Positions 26,941 to 40,424 of a DNA stretch of 64,000 nt are shown in pieces. Source of the DNA: Octopus vulgaris (taxonomy: Eukaryota). Under the pieces are notes generated by a model. The model was given only the letters and a program-made list of their open reading frames with translations, was not told where the DNA came from and did not search any database. The stretch is from NCBI GenBank assembly GCA_951406725.2, contig OX597821.1, forward strand, positions 52,576,001-52,640,000. Direction: 5' to 3'. Positions within the stretch are counted from its first letter, which is position 1, and every line of letters starts with the position of its first letter. The translations under genes and the position numbers were made by a program.

Positions 26941-27365
26941 GTGCAGTCCTCGCTGTGTGGTAAGAAATTTGCTTCCTAACCACATCGTTCTGGGTTCAGT
27001 CTCACTGCGTGACAATTTGGGTAAGTCTTCCACTATAATTACAGGGCGAAAAAATATTGTGAATGTACTGGGTTGATGGAAACTGAAAGAGGCTCATTGT
27101 ATAATACAAACACACACACATATACATACACATGTCCACATATATATATGTATATGCTTGTGTCTGTAACCTCGTGTCTGACCTCACCATTGCCTCCTGA
27201 TAGCCGTTGTTAGTTTGCTTACGTCCCCATTTCATAGTGATTCGACTGTTAGGATAAGTATCAAGCTTTAAAAAATAATTACTGGGGTTGATTCTTTATA
27301 CTAAAATCCTTCAAGACTGTGTCCCAGAATGGTAGCTGACTAATGACTAAAGCAAGTAAAAGAAA
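26941..27365 (+). mobile_element. tRNA/CORE-like SINE family C, diverged
   Basis: GCTGTGTGGTAAGAA..GGGTTCAGTCTCACTGCGTG head. Similar to 60058-60438 and 58660-58832. Confidence 0.75.
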
Positions 27366-28075
27366 AATTCAAAACGTATCCAATATTAGAGAAATGTAGA
27401 GACTATAGAAAACTTGTTCTAATAATTCCAATAATTGCATCTTGTTTCATCTGTGACTTAGACGAATCAACATTGTTAATTTACGCGTTTAATTTTTTTT
27501 CTTCTTTATAGTAAATCGATAGAAGCTAGAAATCAATCGAATCGCAGATTCGGTACATTGAGAAAATGTCATAGTAGTAAAGATCTTGTCACTAAAGTGT
27601 TAAAATTACAACAAAGGAAAAATAGATTTGTAATATTTAGTTTGATATGATTCACTGTAAATATTGATTTGTACATTCACAGAAAACAAATTAGGTTTTG
27701 AGCGAACTATTTTTCCTCGAATACAGAAACGCAGTTAAAATAACATTAGGCGTAAAACATCAATAAGATTTTATGAGAATATGAGCAGGCTTAAAAATAG
27801 TTTTATAATATTAGGAAATTTAGATTGAAATTACTGCACTAGATGGATGCTGTTATATTTTTGTCTGTAAAATGGAGTTCTACTACAATAGTTACAGTGT
27901 CTCACCATAAATTGAATTATACAGTTCTAGTTATAAGAGGAAAAATAACAGACACACTACACAATATTTAGGTAAACATGTATACATATACGTACGTGTA
28001 GATATATGTACATGTGTATGCAAGTGTTGATTTTTAAAAATTAAAATACGCTTGCTATCTACAATAATGAGATAA

Positions 28076-28461
28076 TCTTTATATATAAAAGTGAGGTTGT
28101 GTGCTGTCTGTCTCCTACGATTTAGATTCCTAACTACTCCCACATTTAACCAAAACCGGGTATCTTATAGTCGTGATTCATATCGAGCCTTTCTGGGTAT
28201 TAGCGGGCGTCTACGATGAGTCTACGATTAAAAAAAAATTACCATCAATTTTTCACATTTTTAATGCATTTTTGGCATATATAAGGGAACTAACTCTCTA
28301 AAAATGTATTATTAAATCTCAGAACGTAAAAAGCTACAGTACCCCCCCCCCCCCCCCTTGTGGATAGCCATATTGAGATGGTTATTATACTTTACATCTC
28401 TAACAATGCTTATATAGTTATTTCCCTTACAAACCCGAGCAACGCCGGGCGATACTGCTAG
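28076..28461 (+). mobile_element. Non-autonomous Helitron
   Basis: 5' A|TCTTTATATATAAAAG, subterminal GC hairpin CCCGAGCAACGCCGGG (28434-28449), 3' CTAG|T, no TSD. Confidence 0.85.
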
Positions 28462-29591
28462 TATATGATATAGTTAGACTGAAACTCTACTGTGAGAACT
28501 GTTTGACGCAGCAATGGAATAAGAGGGCTCCTATCAGGCACATTATTGTGGATTGTCCTCTAGTTGCGTTTAATTATTGTTGCAGTTACTCTTCTTAATT
28601 TGGAATTGAATTATAGTTTAACTAAGAATAAGACCACGTTAGTTTTTATGTTCTGTTACACATTCCATTCACTTCTCTGCTATAATTCCGGTCATATCAA
28701 CCTTAGTACACATATTAATCTGTCACATATTTCATCGTTCTAGTTTGCCGAAACGCTATGGTATGGGATATAAAGGGACACTGAAATGAACGACATCACG
28801 TTTTTCGTCGAAAGAATTATTTCTGACACAAAGGCGGAAAGATAGACTTTGCAGTTAGAATAAAGCATCTGATAACATTATGTATTTTCATAATGTGTAT
28901 TACAAAATGAAGTGTCATGAATCAAAGTTGAGTTTCACGTTGTCCATATGCAAACGTTTAACACACATATATATAAACATACGCGCACATACACACACAT
29001 GTATGCATATAACTGGAATTCCATTTGTTACGACTACGGAGGTCCCTGATGATCTGGCAATAAATTGTGTTCAAGTAAGCGATGCGCCGTCACTTCGCTA
29101 CGTGTCTTCCCTACACAAACACACACATACACACACACACATATGGGATTTTTACATGGGATTTTAATAAAAGATTTTTGTGATAAAAATTTACACCTTT
29201 GAAATATTAAAAATAAAAATTAAACATATCATGAACAGAAATATTTAAAGAGAATTTCAGGACTCTATATAATTATAATTTTAAGACGTTATAATGCTGA
29301 GAAGATGTATTGTTTTTGTGTTGAAAATCTCAAAAGTTTTGATTATAAACAGTATTAAAATAAATAACTATAGTATATAATTATGGTCACATGCATCATT
29401 GGTTATAGATTTTCGAAGACCGAAGAGGTTTCAGTTTACTCGACGTTCGATAACCACCAGTTTGGATGTGCACATACATCTGTTGATTATAGGATAAAAT
29501 GCGATTTATTGACAGAAGTAATATAACTAAATAATTTACTTCAATTTCAAATGTTTTTAAAGTAAGTACTATTCTATATATTTGTTGTTTC

Positions 29592-29665
<74 letters not shown>

Positions 29666-29729
29666 ATATATATATATATGTATATATATGTGTGTGTATA
29701 TATATATATATGTGTGCGTATATATATAC

Positions 29730-29815
<86 letters not shown>

Positions 29816-29836
29816 GTATATATATATATGTATATT

Positions 29837-29964
<128 letters not shown>

Positions 29965-30313
29965 ATTTATTATTCATTATTCAATTGAACGCGACGCATC
30001 CTTTTCCAAATAGGTTTATATTCTTTTCCTGCAGGGCCGCTTAGACGAGCGGACATGTTTCTCTCTCTCTTTTCTATCTTTTCTCTTTTCAAAAAATTGT
30101 TTCTCACAAAGTTCACTATTTTCATCTTGTTCTGGTCTAACGACCCGACATGTTTCCTTGTATGTTTCCACTGTCATATTATTGCTCGCAACTTTGACCC
30201 TCCATAAATCCTAAATTCTATTTTAGAATTTATGGGAGCAACTGTCTTTGAAGACTCATATTGTCACTGAATGCTCGAAATGAGGAGTAGATAGACAGCC
30301 GACGTATCCATAT

Positions 30314-31300
<987 letters not shown>

Positions 31301-31766
31301 ACCTTTGTCTGTCTATGTATGTATGTATGTATGTATGTATGTGTGCTGTTTTCCGAATTTTACTTCATTAGTGAAGAATCAGATTTCTGTTTCAGAAACA
31401 AAGCTCTTTCAATGGAATGTAAACAATTGCATATGCGCTTTTATGTACGTACTTTTCAATATAACCTCGTACATATGTGTGCCCGCATATGCATACGTAT
31501 GCATGTGTGCAAGTATGGACGTCGGTGCATATATGAGTGTGCTTATAAAGCACACACACTCACCACCCCCTTATATGTATGTATATATATATATACAAAT
31601 TGAGATAGGGGTTATAAATGCAACCCTCCATGGGATAACATATATCCAATATACTGCTAGTGAAGTACCCAACAAAGTTAATACATAAATTCTAATGACT
31701 CGATTCAATCAATTCATTTACTGTATTATATGGGCAAAGGTAAAATGATTTACCACAAATTACTAA

Positions 31767-32426
31767 TACAAGATAAGAAAATGGAGAAATACATCTAAAT
31801 CAAATATTAATTACCATATAATACTCACTCACATACTTTATTAAACCACCACATAATAGACTGTAGGGTTAGATATAAAAAGCAGAACAAATCAGTGTAC
31901 ATAAAGGAATGTACATAAAAAAGTAATGTTATATAATAAGTAGAATATATATAAAAGAGAATATAAATATAAGTAAATATGTATATGTATATGTTGTATT
32001 ATGGGTATGCACCCACCCCCATGTGGGTATATATGTAGACTGATTTATATTACATAATCTCCGAAGAGGCCTTATGATATTTTTGTAAATGTCTCATTTA
32101 TATCTATATATTGACCTACCATTAAGGGCTAATATTGGTAAAATGAGACATACTTATCTACATGGCCGAAACAGCTGTAAGATGTAATCTATACTTGTAT
32201 TTATATTTACTTATATTTATATTCTCTTTTATATATATTCTACTTATTATACAACAGTACTTTTTTATGTACACTTTTTTATGTACATTCCTTTATGTAC
32301 ACTGATTTGTTCTGCTTTTTATATCTAACCCTACAGTCTCTTATGTGGTGGTTTAATAAAGTATGTGATTGAGTATTATCTGGTAATTGATATTTGATTT
32401 AGATGTATTTCTCCATTTTCTTATCT

Positions 32427-32430
<4 letters not shown>
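31767..32430. repeat. ~215-bp inverted repeat enclosing a hammerhead motif (Penelope-like)
   Basis: Arms 31767-31980 and 32203-32430 are reverse complements with few mismatches and one small duplication. Confidence 0.85.
32057..32183 (+). ncRNA. Type-I hammerhead motif with extended stem II, core variant U4C
   Basis: ATCT-CCGAAGA-GGCC...TGTCTCATTT/AAATGAGACA...GGCC-GAAA-CAGCTG-TA-AGAT; palindromic stem III ACAGCTGT. Confidence 0.7.
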
Positions 32431-32457
<27 letters not shown>

Positions 32458-32464
32458 CTTTGAA

Positions 32465-32790
32465 AAACTGATGGTCCCTCTGTTAAGATGACGATGGTTT
32501 CGATTGATCTAATCAATAGAACGGCCTACTCTTGAAGTTAACGCGCATGTTGCTGTGTACTTCACAAACACGTGTACCCTTAAAGTAGTTCTGAAGGATA
32601 TTTAGCGTGACACTGCGTGTGACAAGGCTGACCCTTTGAAATACAGGTACTGCAAATTTTTGCCAGGTGAGTGAATTCAAGGAACAGGAAATAAAATATC
32701 TTCCTCAAGGAAGCTGGTAATTGAACACACGACCTTACGATTGGGAGGCAAACACCCTAACCGCTAAGCCACACGCCTTCACACCTGTGA
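32465..32790 (-). mobile_element. tRNA-derived SINE sharing its 3' domain with family B
   Basis: Minus head GGTGTGAAGGCGTGTGGCTTAGCGGTTAGGG; 3' part AAGGGTACACGTG matches 1518-1530. Confidence 0.75.
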
Positions 32791-32837
32791 TTAGAATAGC
32801 CCCTACACACACACACGCACAAACACAAACACACACA

Positions 32838-32906
<69 letters not shown>

Positions 32907-33493
32907 TGACACACAGACATATAGTTTGTGTGTTTCATGTAATAAAACATGCATAAAAATATTTATCAATATACTTAACGAAAATACTAAATACATTTTA
33001 CGAGGGGAACTTATCTCCTGTGCAAGACTGTTTTCAATAAATGTGTGAGTAGCTATTTGAACGATGAATTTTGTTCCACTTGTTTATATTACCACGTTTC
33101 TTGAAATGTCTTTAAGGATAATTGCTGAATATGCTTTCATAATCTCGAATAATCCTTAAATTTTCCTTATGTAATTTCTAAATGACTTTTGTTAGTAAAT
33201 TGTAAATGGTACGATATCTTCTAATCCGTAGTAAAATAATAAGTTATAGACAATATGAGATTAGAAAAGCTGAGAGCTTAAACAAATTCTCCGTGAATCA
33301 AGGTACTTTAGTTACGAAACTTGTAGATATATGAAATTCATACATCTCGCACTGTGGTTATCTTTAACTTTTAATCCTCCTGAGGTTGACAAAATAAGTG
33401 CCAATGAAATTATATAAAACTGAGCTGACAATGTAGTAATTTACCTCGTTTACAAAAGAAAAGAAAAAAAATTAGAAAGTAGTGCATATACAT

Positions 33494-33565
<72 letters not shown>

Positions 33566-33689
33566 CAGCTATTTTGTTCCACATGGGTAATGTATAGAGG
33601 GAAAATAGAAGTTGAAAATGCACTGAGAATATTTTAAATATTTTAAAAATTATTATATTTAAAGATTTAGCCGGTTTCACAGTGTAAAC

Positions 33690-34411
33690 TGAGTGTCTTA
33701 ATGTACCGCACCCATCCATATTATTCCCCATCCTAGCCACCATGAATCTCGATGCCACAATTGCTGGCTTTTTAATTTCTTACGGCTTGAAGAAGAGATG
33801 TGATGCCATTCGTGAACTGAGCCTTCTTTATCAGATTGTAAAGATAAGGTTGTGTGTCTTATGTTATTATGGTATCTATTGACTTTGAATCTTCCAGCAA
33901 GCCAGAACAGACTTCCATCCTTTCTTTTTACAAATCGCGTGCAAGAAGCCGAAGTACCCACATCGCATCTACTTTCCTATATCTTCTGTAATTTATTGTG
34001 ACCACATTCCACTTGCACAGCAAGCACAGCGAGTGTGACTCGTCTGTCGACACAAATCAGTTCGTCCACTAGATGATTCGAGTCAGTGATCACAAATGGC
34101 CCTCCATTGCATTATTTTAATGCAATGCTGGTTCCCCATTCTTGAACCATACACATCTGAATAGATTTCTATTGTTGGTGGTGTCATCATCGCAAACGAT
34201 CTTCTGTGGGTGTCGGACAGCTATCTCATTTCCTTCCTCTAAATGTTGTTTTTTTATTCGAGTCTATGATCTGCATGAAATGAAAGAAGAAAGGGGGAGG
34301 AAAATTTATCATAGTGGGAGCATTAAACTACCAACGTTTTCACTTTCAACGGCCTGTCTAAGTTAATAAAGAAGTTATGCCCACTTTTGCATTACTTTCT
34401 GTACAACTCGC
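33690..34411 (-). mobile_element. Mariner transposon 5' remnant
   Basis: Minus translation YRKVDAMWVLRLL (WVPRxL motif) and EWHHISSS.RKKLKSQ..MAS; TIR-like GCGAGTTGTACAGAAAGTAATGC at the right end. Confidence 0.7.
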
Positions 34412-34425
34412 ATGGATACACATAC

Positions 34426-34514
<89 letters not shown>

Positions 34515-36815
34515 TGTGTTTATTTGTATCTCACCATGCATGGATATATAGTACATATGCAAGCTTATGCCTTGCCTATACGTGTGCGTGTGCTATTTAT
34601 TTTCTCGATTATCCTGCATCATGATATTCACGAGAGATAAAGCAATTTCTGCAAAAGAAAAAAAAACCTTACGTTATAGATATGAACCAGATCGCGAAGA
34701 CAGAATTGGATGATAAAGTTTATATACTACTTTGGAAACCTGAGAAGGTTAATAAAGTTTGGTAAAGGTATCTTCCATGTCCATGATAAATAATAATCAT
34801 TTTATGGAGATTGGGGTTTACTATAGGTTAATAATTGTTATTCATATGACAGAACTATTTAAGAAAATAGAATATAGCGTTAACGTCCATCGTGAAGGCT
34901 CTATAGATGAAAGTAATAAAACATATTTAGCGAAACCTAATTCAAACTGTATGCCGATAAGAATGGATAATATAAATTAATATTTCCCTAATGCATAGAG
35001 TAAGCAGTATGTCCATATCCTGTGAATCTATAAGAACTTTAAAATATTTGTTAAAGGAACTGAATACTTTGTCCCTATGCTACATAGTCAATAGTGGCAA
35101 TAGGAGCAATTTTCATACACGATTAGCACATGCAAAATATGTCATACTTTAACGATATCCAACGTTTATCTTTATATATGCTAGTTTAGAAGAATGGTCT
35201 CAGTTTGTAACTTATTAAGTATTCACTGATTAAGAATACTTTACGATTCCGTTGATAGAAGGCCATGAATAATCGAAAGAATATAGTAACTTAACAGTGG
35301 AGCTGCATTCATCAGTTTTATACCGATATTGAGGACATATTGGAAATAGTTACCCATCTTGCTCTAGTCATTCTCTGCTATCTTAAAAACGCGGGAAGCT
35401 GTATGAACACTAGTCTTGTTCAGCCAAGGTTCTACTAGTGCTAAGAGCTATGAACAATATAAAAAAACTCAGAGCTAATGAGGATCTAAAAAGCAACAGT
35501 ACAACAGCTGCAACACTAAATCAGATTCATTACAACCGACTTCAAATTAAAATCTAAAACAAGGGTAATATATTTTATCTACCATTTTAACATAGAACAA
35601 ATACCACCATCGACAGTTGCGACTATATTGAGTCTATTGTCTGCACAACTGCAAAATTTATTCTATGCTTTATCACACCTGACTTGGGACTAAACAACAT
35701 TCACAACGGCAATAATAATGTTTTCAAATTTTAGCCCAAGGCCAACAAATTTTAGTGGAAGAGTTTAGCGGATTACATCAGCACAAATGGTAAACTGGTG
35801 GCTGTTTTAACCACCTCGAAAGGACGAAAGACAATATCGACCTCGGCGGACTTTGAACACAGAAAGTAAAGTCGGAAGATATACTTCTAAGCATTTTGTC
35901 TGCCAAGTAGCTGCTTTCTAAACAAAAGCAATGTAATTAAAAGCAACATAACAAGGTTCGTTTTGTTGGTGTGTTCTAGGCTTAAATATTCACAACACTA
36001 TTTGTGATTTAAGGGTGACAGAGGATTGAACATCGACTACAACAAAATAGGTTTTCTTCATCAGAGTTGACCCGGGAATAAAGAATAAGGAAAAGGCTCT
36101 GATTGATTAGAGAACTGAAGCGTTTCCTTCTTTGTTTCATATTTATAGTTGTGAGAAGTAGAGTGTTGCGCCTTATGAGATTGGACACTAGCATAGAATT
36201 AAATCTACTGATTCATACCTACGTTTCTAATAAGCACAATCTAAACTAGTGTCGTTACACTAAAATTACGTAGTCTACATGGTAAACAATATACGAAAAC
36301 AAATTAGAAAACAGGTCGAAAGTTGTACAACTGCATAAAAACAATTGAATATAATATCTATATATCACGCAAGGTTTTAAAGCTCGTGAATTGTAGTATA
36401 TAGTTTATGACATACAGCGTTAGTATTTGTTTATGGCAGGAATAAATTTTCAAGTCCCACAAGAAATACGAATTATGGTACAAAACAGAGAAATGTGATA
36501 TATGTGATGTATATGATTATATACTTGCAAAAAACACACACACATACACACACATTATTAATGTGTATGCTAGTATTTTGCTTCTTTGTGTGTGTATGTG
36601 TGTGGGTGTGCGCGCTCTAAAGTACTTTTCGAATATCAATTTTTATTATGGTAAAAGGAATATATATTTGCGGAAATTATTTTTTCTCTCGCTACCTTTC
36701 TATCTCCTTCAATACTTATTACATTCTTTTGACATAGAAACGAGAATAAATTCATATACCTACACATAGGTACGAACAATATACGCGTACAATACAAAAA
36801 TAATATAATAGTAAA

Positions 36816-37400
36816 GTCGGCGATTTGGCAGAAACGTTAGCACGCCGGGCGAAATGCGTAGCCGTATTTCGTCTGCGGTTACGTTGTTAGTTCAAATTCC
36901 GCCGAGGTCGACTTTGCCTTTCATCCTTTCGGGGTCGATAAATTAAGTACCAGTTTCGCACTGAGGTCGATGTAATCGACTTAATCCGTTTGTCTGTCCT
37001 TGTTTGTCATCTCTGTATTTAGCCCCTTGTGGGTAGTAAAGAAATAGGTATTTCGTCTGCCGTTACGTTCTGAGTTCAAATTCCGCAGAGGTCGACTTTG
37101 CCTTTCACCCTTTCGGGGTCGATAAAATGAGAACCAATTACGCACCGGGGTCGATATAATCGACTTAATCTGTTTATCTGTCCTTGTTTGTCCTCTCTGT
37201 GTTTAGCCCTTTGTGGGTAGAAAAGAAATAGGTATTTCGTCTGAAGTTACGTTCTGAGTTCAAATTCTGCCGAGGTCGACTTTGCTTTTCACCCTTTCGG
37301 GGTCGATAAATCAAGTACCAGTTACGTACTGCGGTTGATGTAATTGACTTAATCCCTTTGACTGTGCTTTTTTGGTTCTCTCTATGTGAGCAATAAACAA
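36816..37400 (+). mobile_element. SINE family A trimer (one head plus three 184-bp units)
   Basis: GTATTTCGTCTG at 36864, 37048 and 37232; junctions AAAGAAATAG|GTATTTC. Confidence 0.9.
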
Positions 37401-37727
37401 ATAAATATAATTATAATCCTTTCTACTATAAGCGCAAAGTCTGAAGCGGGGCGGAGGGGTGCAGAGTACTAGACGATTGCATCGATCCAAAAGGATGAAA
37501 AGCAAAGACAACCTCTGTGAAATTTGAATAATAATAATAATAATAATAAATAAAATTCTATATTTTAATTTTTTTTTGTTTTCTGTTTCCCTTTTATTCT
37601 ATCACATAATTTGACTATATAAATGAACAATATGGTGTTATTTTAATGGCCTATCAATGAAGATAGCGAGTTTTTTGACCCTAGTTGTTGGGGAGACACT
37701 CAACAACACATGGCCACAAAATTGAAA

Positions 37728-37786
<59 letters not shown>

Positions 37787-37808
37787 ATAATAATAATGAT
37801 GATAAATA

Positions 37809-38347
37809 CCCTGATGCAATACCAGTTATAGGCTTCCATGTCTTCTGATCTTAATTGATTGGAAGTGTTATTATGTACATTCTTTGTCTGTGAGACAAAG
37901 ATGTCTCTAAAAGATGGGCTGCAACAAATATTCTCCTCAATATCACAGATTCACTTGTCAGTTGCTTCACCTTCACCAGTTGATCACGTGCCTTGTTGGC
38001 TGACGATATGTGAATCTCTGACCACGGGCAGAAGTAGTAAGAGAGCATCATAGCCGTGTGTTGAGAGGAATTCTTTGGGGTTTGGATAATTCAGCCCTGG
38101 AAACATGGATGTTTCTTTCAAAATCCTTAAACAACCCTTATTCAGGGACCTTTTGAGCGGGATGGGCTGCTAGACCTGAAGAAAATTCTTATTGGGACCC
38201 ACCTGCACAGTCATACGCTGTTTATCTCTTGATTTGAGATCACCATGTCGCACACTTATGGTTGTGATGCATGTGCCTGGTGTATCATGACTACTCAAAG
38301 GAGTAGTAATTATGGGTGTATTGGACTTCGCATATTTTTACCCCAGT
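37809..38347 (+). mobile_element. ~550-bp non-coding (TAA)n-flanked repeat, family D (interrupted copy; 3' end at 40057-40100)
   Basis: Colinear similarity to 46371-46920 and 62491-63012. Confidence 0.8.
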
Positions 38348-39997
38348 TCCACTTAGATACTGAGTAGAACACGCAGTGAGACACTGCATAAAAGGATGAA
38401 AATCATGAGCTGGAATATTATAAGAGACAAATTCAAAAAAGTAATCTTTAAAGAAGATAGCCAGTCTCCCATCTTGATTATAATTTCATTGGTGTCGTTC
38501 TCTCTTTTACTAAACAAAAATATGAAAAGTTATTCATTGGGAAAATATTATGGAAAAGTAAACCATCTCCTACCTACAAATGATTTAAAAACTCCTGAAA
38601 AAATAGAAGATACCGCTGGACTTCGTAGTGGAAGCTGAAATTATATTTAGTAACGCCACTGGTTTCACTTAAATGGCTGAGAGATTTGCTTTGACGGACA
38701 ATAAAGGCTTGCCTAATAATGTGAATATAAGAACTTTGAAATAACTATGGATCTCGGCAAACGACAATATCAAGAAGATAGAAAGAAGGACGCTCATAAT
38801 AACAAATATTATGAAGAATGCTGGTTTACACTAAACAAAACGTTAATGTGAGTGCATTATCATTAATGAAATATAGAGAAATAATTTTATAGGAGATAAT
38901 ATATGATGTGAAGGAAATGTTTAGGAGAATGAGAATGCAATGCACGATGCATAAAAGAACGGATCGATTATGAAATGCGTACTGGTTATACTGGACGCGA
39001 GCAGATGGTACGAAAAAATTAAGGAGTGTCAATGAGTGGTAGAACTAGAGTGAAGTAAATCGTCCTAGCTGCAAGAGAAAGAAGGAACAGTACTTAAGGG
39101 AGGTAATGCATAAAGTGTGATTCACTTAATGTATAGAATCTCATAAAGAAAAATAAAAACATGATGAAAAGAGGCAATAAATATTTGAAGAAGAGACGCT
39201 TCAATGAGCGCTTTTCAAAAGCCCAAAAGGTGTAAGGATGGCCGATGAAAGTAGGCTATAGCTAAAGAAAGAAATATTAAGGAGAGAACATAAACGGCTT
39301 GGCAAAAGAAAAATTTTCTCTCAGAATAAATTGAATCATGAGGATGATAGATCAACGAGACCGTTTCCCCGAATGTAAATTGTTCAATAATTCAGATAAA
39401 AGTATGATATGCAGTGTATTGGAATGTCCACTGCTAATACTCAATGAATACAAAATTACAAATGAATGATAAGAGTGCTGTAATAATTCAACGGATCTTT
39501 TGCCAGAAAATTTTGCATTTATAGGCACGGCAAAAAGTTTATAACCATTTGTGTTTACATAAATGCAAGACCGCGAAAATGATTATACAAATGAAAAGAA
39601 GAATATAACACAACATGCCAAAACTTGTAGCCGTCTCCAAGAAGAAACTGTGTTCAATAATCGTGGGGGTATGATCATTCGGATACAGAGTAAAAGTAAA
39701 AATAGAAGAAACGATATTATATTGCAGTAAGATGAAGCATGGAATACTCAGGTCCTTGAACAGACAAGTTGTCACGATTGTGACTGTGACTATCATTATT
39801 GGAAAATAATGATAAAGAGGTTTAACAGAATCCGCAGGAATTATCTGGAAAGAACGTGATACAGTTTAGGAAATAAGAGAGAAATAATTTTCAGTCTGAA
39901 GGTCCAAAGAAAAAAAATGTTTTTCATTTTTGACAACAATCAGTTGTCCATTGGAATACATAATAAATCCGGATATAATTAGTTAATTGATTAATTG

Positions 39998-40052
<55 letters not shown>

Positions 40053-40056
40053 GTAA
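38348..40056 (+). mobile_element. Decayed Dong/R4-like LINE inserted in the family D copy, 11-bp TSD
   Basis: TTTACCCCAGT at 38337-38347 and 40057-40067; (TAA)n tail; residual DSQSP and NHLL RT-like motifs. Confidence 0.6.
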
Positions 40057-40103
40057 TTTACCCCAGTGTCACTTTGATGATATGCACTGCTTTCTCATCA
40101 ATG

Positions 40104-40201
<98 letters not shown>

Positions 40202-40424
40202 TCGAACCGCTCGAATACTCTGGAAGGTGCTCGGAAAATAAGAGGTGTTGTCTTAGTTCACTGGTCGTGAACAGCTGACACCATAGTACATCTCCAGCGT
40301 TTGAAGCTGTGCAAAGGCAATGATAATAATAACGATGATGATGATGATAATTATAATTATAATAATGTGCGCATTTGTACAAATGTTGTACGTATGGAAT
40401 TTGGGTTTCAAATAGTGCGTAATA

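Noticed and set aside
36864-37400. CRISPR-like array
   Set aside because: Units are whole 184-bp SINE bodies with no unique spacers; no cas genes; eukaryotic context.
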